A stretch of 63,957 nt of DNA, counting the filler. It is 7 parts of 7 records of this genome, joined end to end, with 100 filler letters (N's around TTAATTAATTAA, not from the genome) between each part and the next. Parts side by side here need not be neighbours in the genome. Positions count along the whole stretch, not along the records: positions 59,194 to 63,957 come from SRR7504441_2354; 6 more parts are not named here. The stretch is one strand, 5' to 3'. Position 1 is the stretch's first letter; every line of letters begins with the position of its first letter. Shown in pieces: positions 62,066 to 63,957 of the stretch. Position numbers and translations under genes: made by a program. Below the pieces are notes generated by a model. That model made no database searches. It had not been told where the DNA came from and saw only the letters and a list, made by a program, of their open reading frames with translations.

Positions 62066-63957
62066 TCAATACCCAAGCATCGCGAGCTGCTCCGTGTTGA
62101 GCCCCTCGACCGGCATCTAATCACCCCATCAGAGCCGGCCTCAAGCATGAGTCACCTGGAAGGCCATGTCGTCCATTGTCCGCGGCGGCTCGAACTTATA
62201 CCTGCCAATCGCTCGCGTCGCACTGCTATTATCAAGTGATGGCACCGGATGCGCTTGCCCTGTCGCCTGCGGGGGTGCTGCCTCGCGTCGGCCAAGACAA
62301 ACATGCTCGCCGCTGCTTCTGGCAGCGCCTCGCCCTCACCTTCAGGCAACTGCAACCGGAAACAATCATGCACTCTGATAGCCAACCTTTGATATCACTT
62401 ACATCGAATGGTTCGCCGTGTAACTGAATGGTCAGGCTTGAGCCGGAGTAATCATATACCGAGGAGATATCAGGCATTAGTTTGTTGAAGTTGTCGTACC
62501 TGATACCAGTCAGTTTGGAGCCCAGCGGTGCATCTAGCTGACCACTCCTGGCCGCCCTGGAACGCGTCGTCCTTCTCACGCTGGAATCGCTCGGCAGCAG
62601 TAGCCGCCATGTATTGGTCCATGTAGACTTCTTCCTTGTACATGATCTCACGCTCGGCCTTCTCGGCAGCCATGAGCTTGACATTCTCAACCATGTAAGC
62701 TTGCATGTCCGTCCTCTCTGTCTCCATCACCGCCTGGAATCACACCCGACCCTCAGCGCTGCGTAAACCATCATCACGTCACCTGTTCCTCAGGCCGCAG
62801 CGTCAGCGCCCTGGCCACAAATGATCGGAGCTCTGGCCGCAGGGTATCCATCGCTTTCTTCTCGGTCCTGAACTTGTCGCACAAGTACGATGCCTGGGTT
62901 ACACAGCTGTGAGGGGCTGATCGACGACTTAAGTCACCTGCACGGTCGCGCGGAGGGTCTTGACAAACTCGGCGCGCATTACATCAACCTCAGCCTCGAG
63001 AGCCCGCAGCGTCTCATCTTTCATGAGAACCCGAGTCTTGCCATAGAACATATGCATTGCGTCAAAGAGCCCACCTTTGGCCTGGATGTGATCAAAGAGC
63101 TGCTTTGGGTCCTTGATGCTCGGAGCAATCAGCCAGAACGCCTTCCAGAACGATTGGTGCTCCGGCCTGGCTGGGTAGCCCTGCTTCCTGATGACCAGTG
63201 TATCCAGCATCCCGGTGTAGCGCAGCTGGTTGAGCACGAGAGCAGGTTGCCATGCACCATCTGGCCCGCTCTCTGCGGTAGCTCGAGAGCGCTTGTTCTT
63301 GTTTGCCTTGATGCACCGGACAAATTGGCACTGACACTTGTCCAGCGTCTCATCCACCAGAGAGTGCAAGTTGCCTCGGAACTGGGAGCCAACAGTGGCT
63401 GGTCCAGTGTCTCCTCCTCCTCGCTTCTCTTCGAACTCCTTGAGCATATCGGTTCCTGCCTTTCGCCAGCCAGATGCAGCCATCACATTGTACACCAGAT
63501 CCTGCAGCTCCGACTTGTTCAGCTCCCACCAGTCATCAAGCCAGTACGTCACGAGCGCAGCATAGTGATCCACGCCGAACGCCTCACCGTCGTAATTTCC
63601 GGGAGGCATTTTGCGCTGCGTTGAGTTGGTCTTGACGTACTTGCCGCTAGGATCACTGACCAGCGCCGAGTCCAGCGCTTTTTTCAGATTCCCTGTCTTC
63701 TCGTCTCGCTTCCGGCGATCTTTGTCTGGATCGTCATCACCTCTAAAGGGCTTCATTGTCTCATCATCCAGTACGTTGATTACAGAACCAGCACGCTTGT
63801 CCATCATCATCATGTCAACAGTCAAGTCATTCTCCTCAAACGCAAAGTCTGCCTTGGTCATGTGCTTTCCATTGATCTTGAGGTCCTCGTCCTGGTATGA
63901 CTTCAACTCCAGAGTGAACACACAGTTCACAAAGTGATTCTGCAGCTTCTCGTTGCA
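62066..63957 (-). CDS. Myosin heavy chain (C-terminal motor part, neck and short tail; 5' end outside window)
   Basis: NEKLQNHFVNCVF, FGVDHYAALVTY, TVGSQF, FVRCIKAN, VLNQLRYTGML, RKQGYPAR, GKTRVLMK. Confidence 0.9.

Noticed and set aside
1-63957. CRISPR arrays, transposases, rRNA/tRNA genes, introner families
   Set aside because: No repeat-spacer arrays, transposase/RT motifs or RNA gene signatures seen. Introns share no extended sequence or terminal inverted repeats by eye.

Overview
Eukaryotic, gene-dense, GC-rich DNA from an unidentified protist; I cannot assign the taxon. It is not one locus. Seven contigs are joined by six artificial 100-nt spacers (44 N + TTAATTAATTAA + 44 N), so synteny holds only within a contig. 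Genes are split by very small spliceosomal introns (mostly 33-55 nt), so the ORF track fragments them. I rebuilt gene models by hand from GT/GC-AG boundaries and conserved protein motifs. About 21 genes: a >3700-aa Ig/IPT-like repeat protein, an ICME-like esterase, Furry/Tao3, a type-I membrane protein, Rpn8, a kinesin, a PHB-depolymerase-like protein, a CD2BP2/GYF-PP2C fusion, a single-domain cation channel, a deoxynucleoside kinase, a multi-PHD/HMG protein, a miniature IP3-receptor-like channel, a tandem ML-like protein, a GH32-like hydrolase, a small secreted protein, a Ras-like GTPase, a DGAT2-like acyltransferase, coiled-coil proteins, a sulfatase and a myosin. Most notable: (1) a ~570-aa IP3R-like protein lacking most of the cytosolic body and the gate; (2) a U5-52K/CD2BP2-like GYF protein fused to a probable PP2C pseudophosphatase; (3) introns around a bidirectional promoter filled with 10-bp-phased YAACGG (Myb/MSA-like) arrays; (4) frequent GC-AG introns with degenerate donors; (5) candidate intronic ncRNAs in Rpn8. 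Family calls rest on remembered motifs, not database searches.
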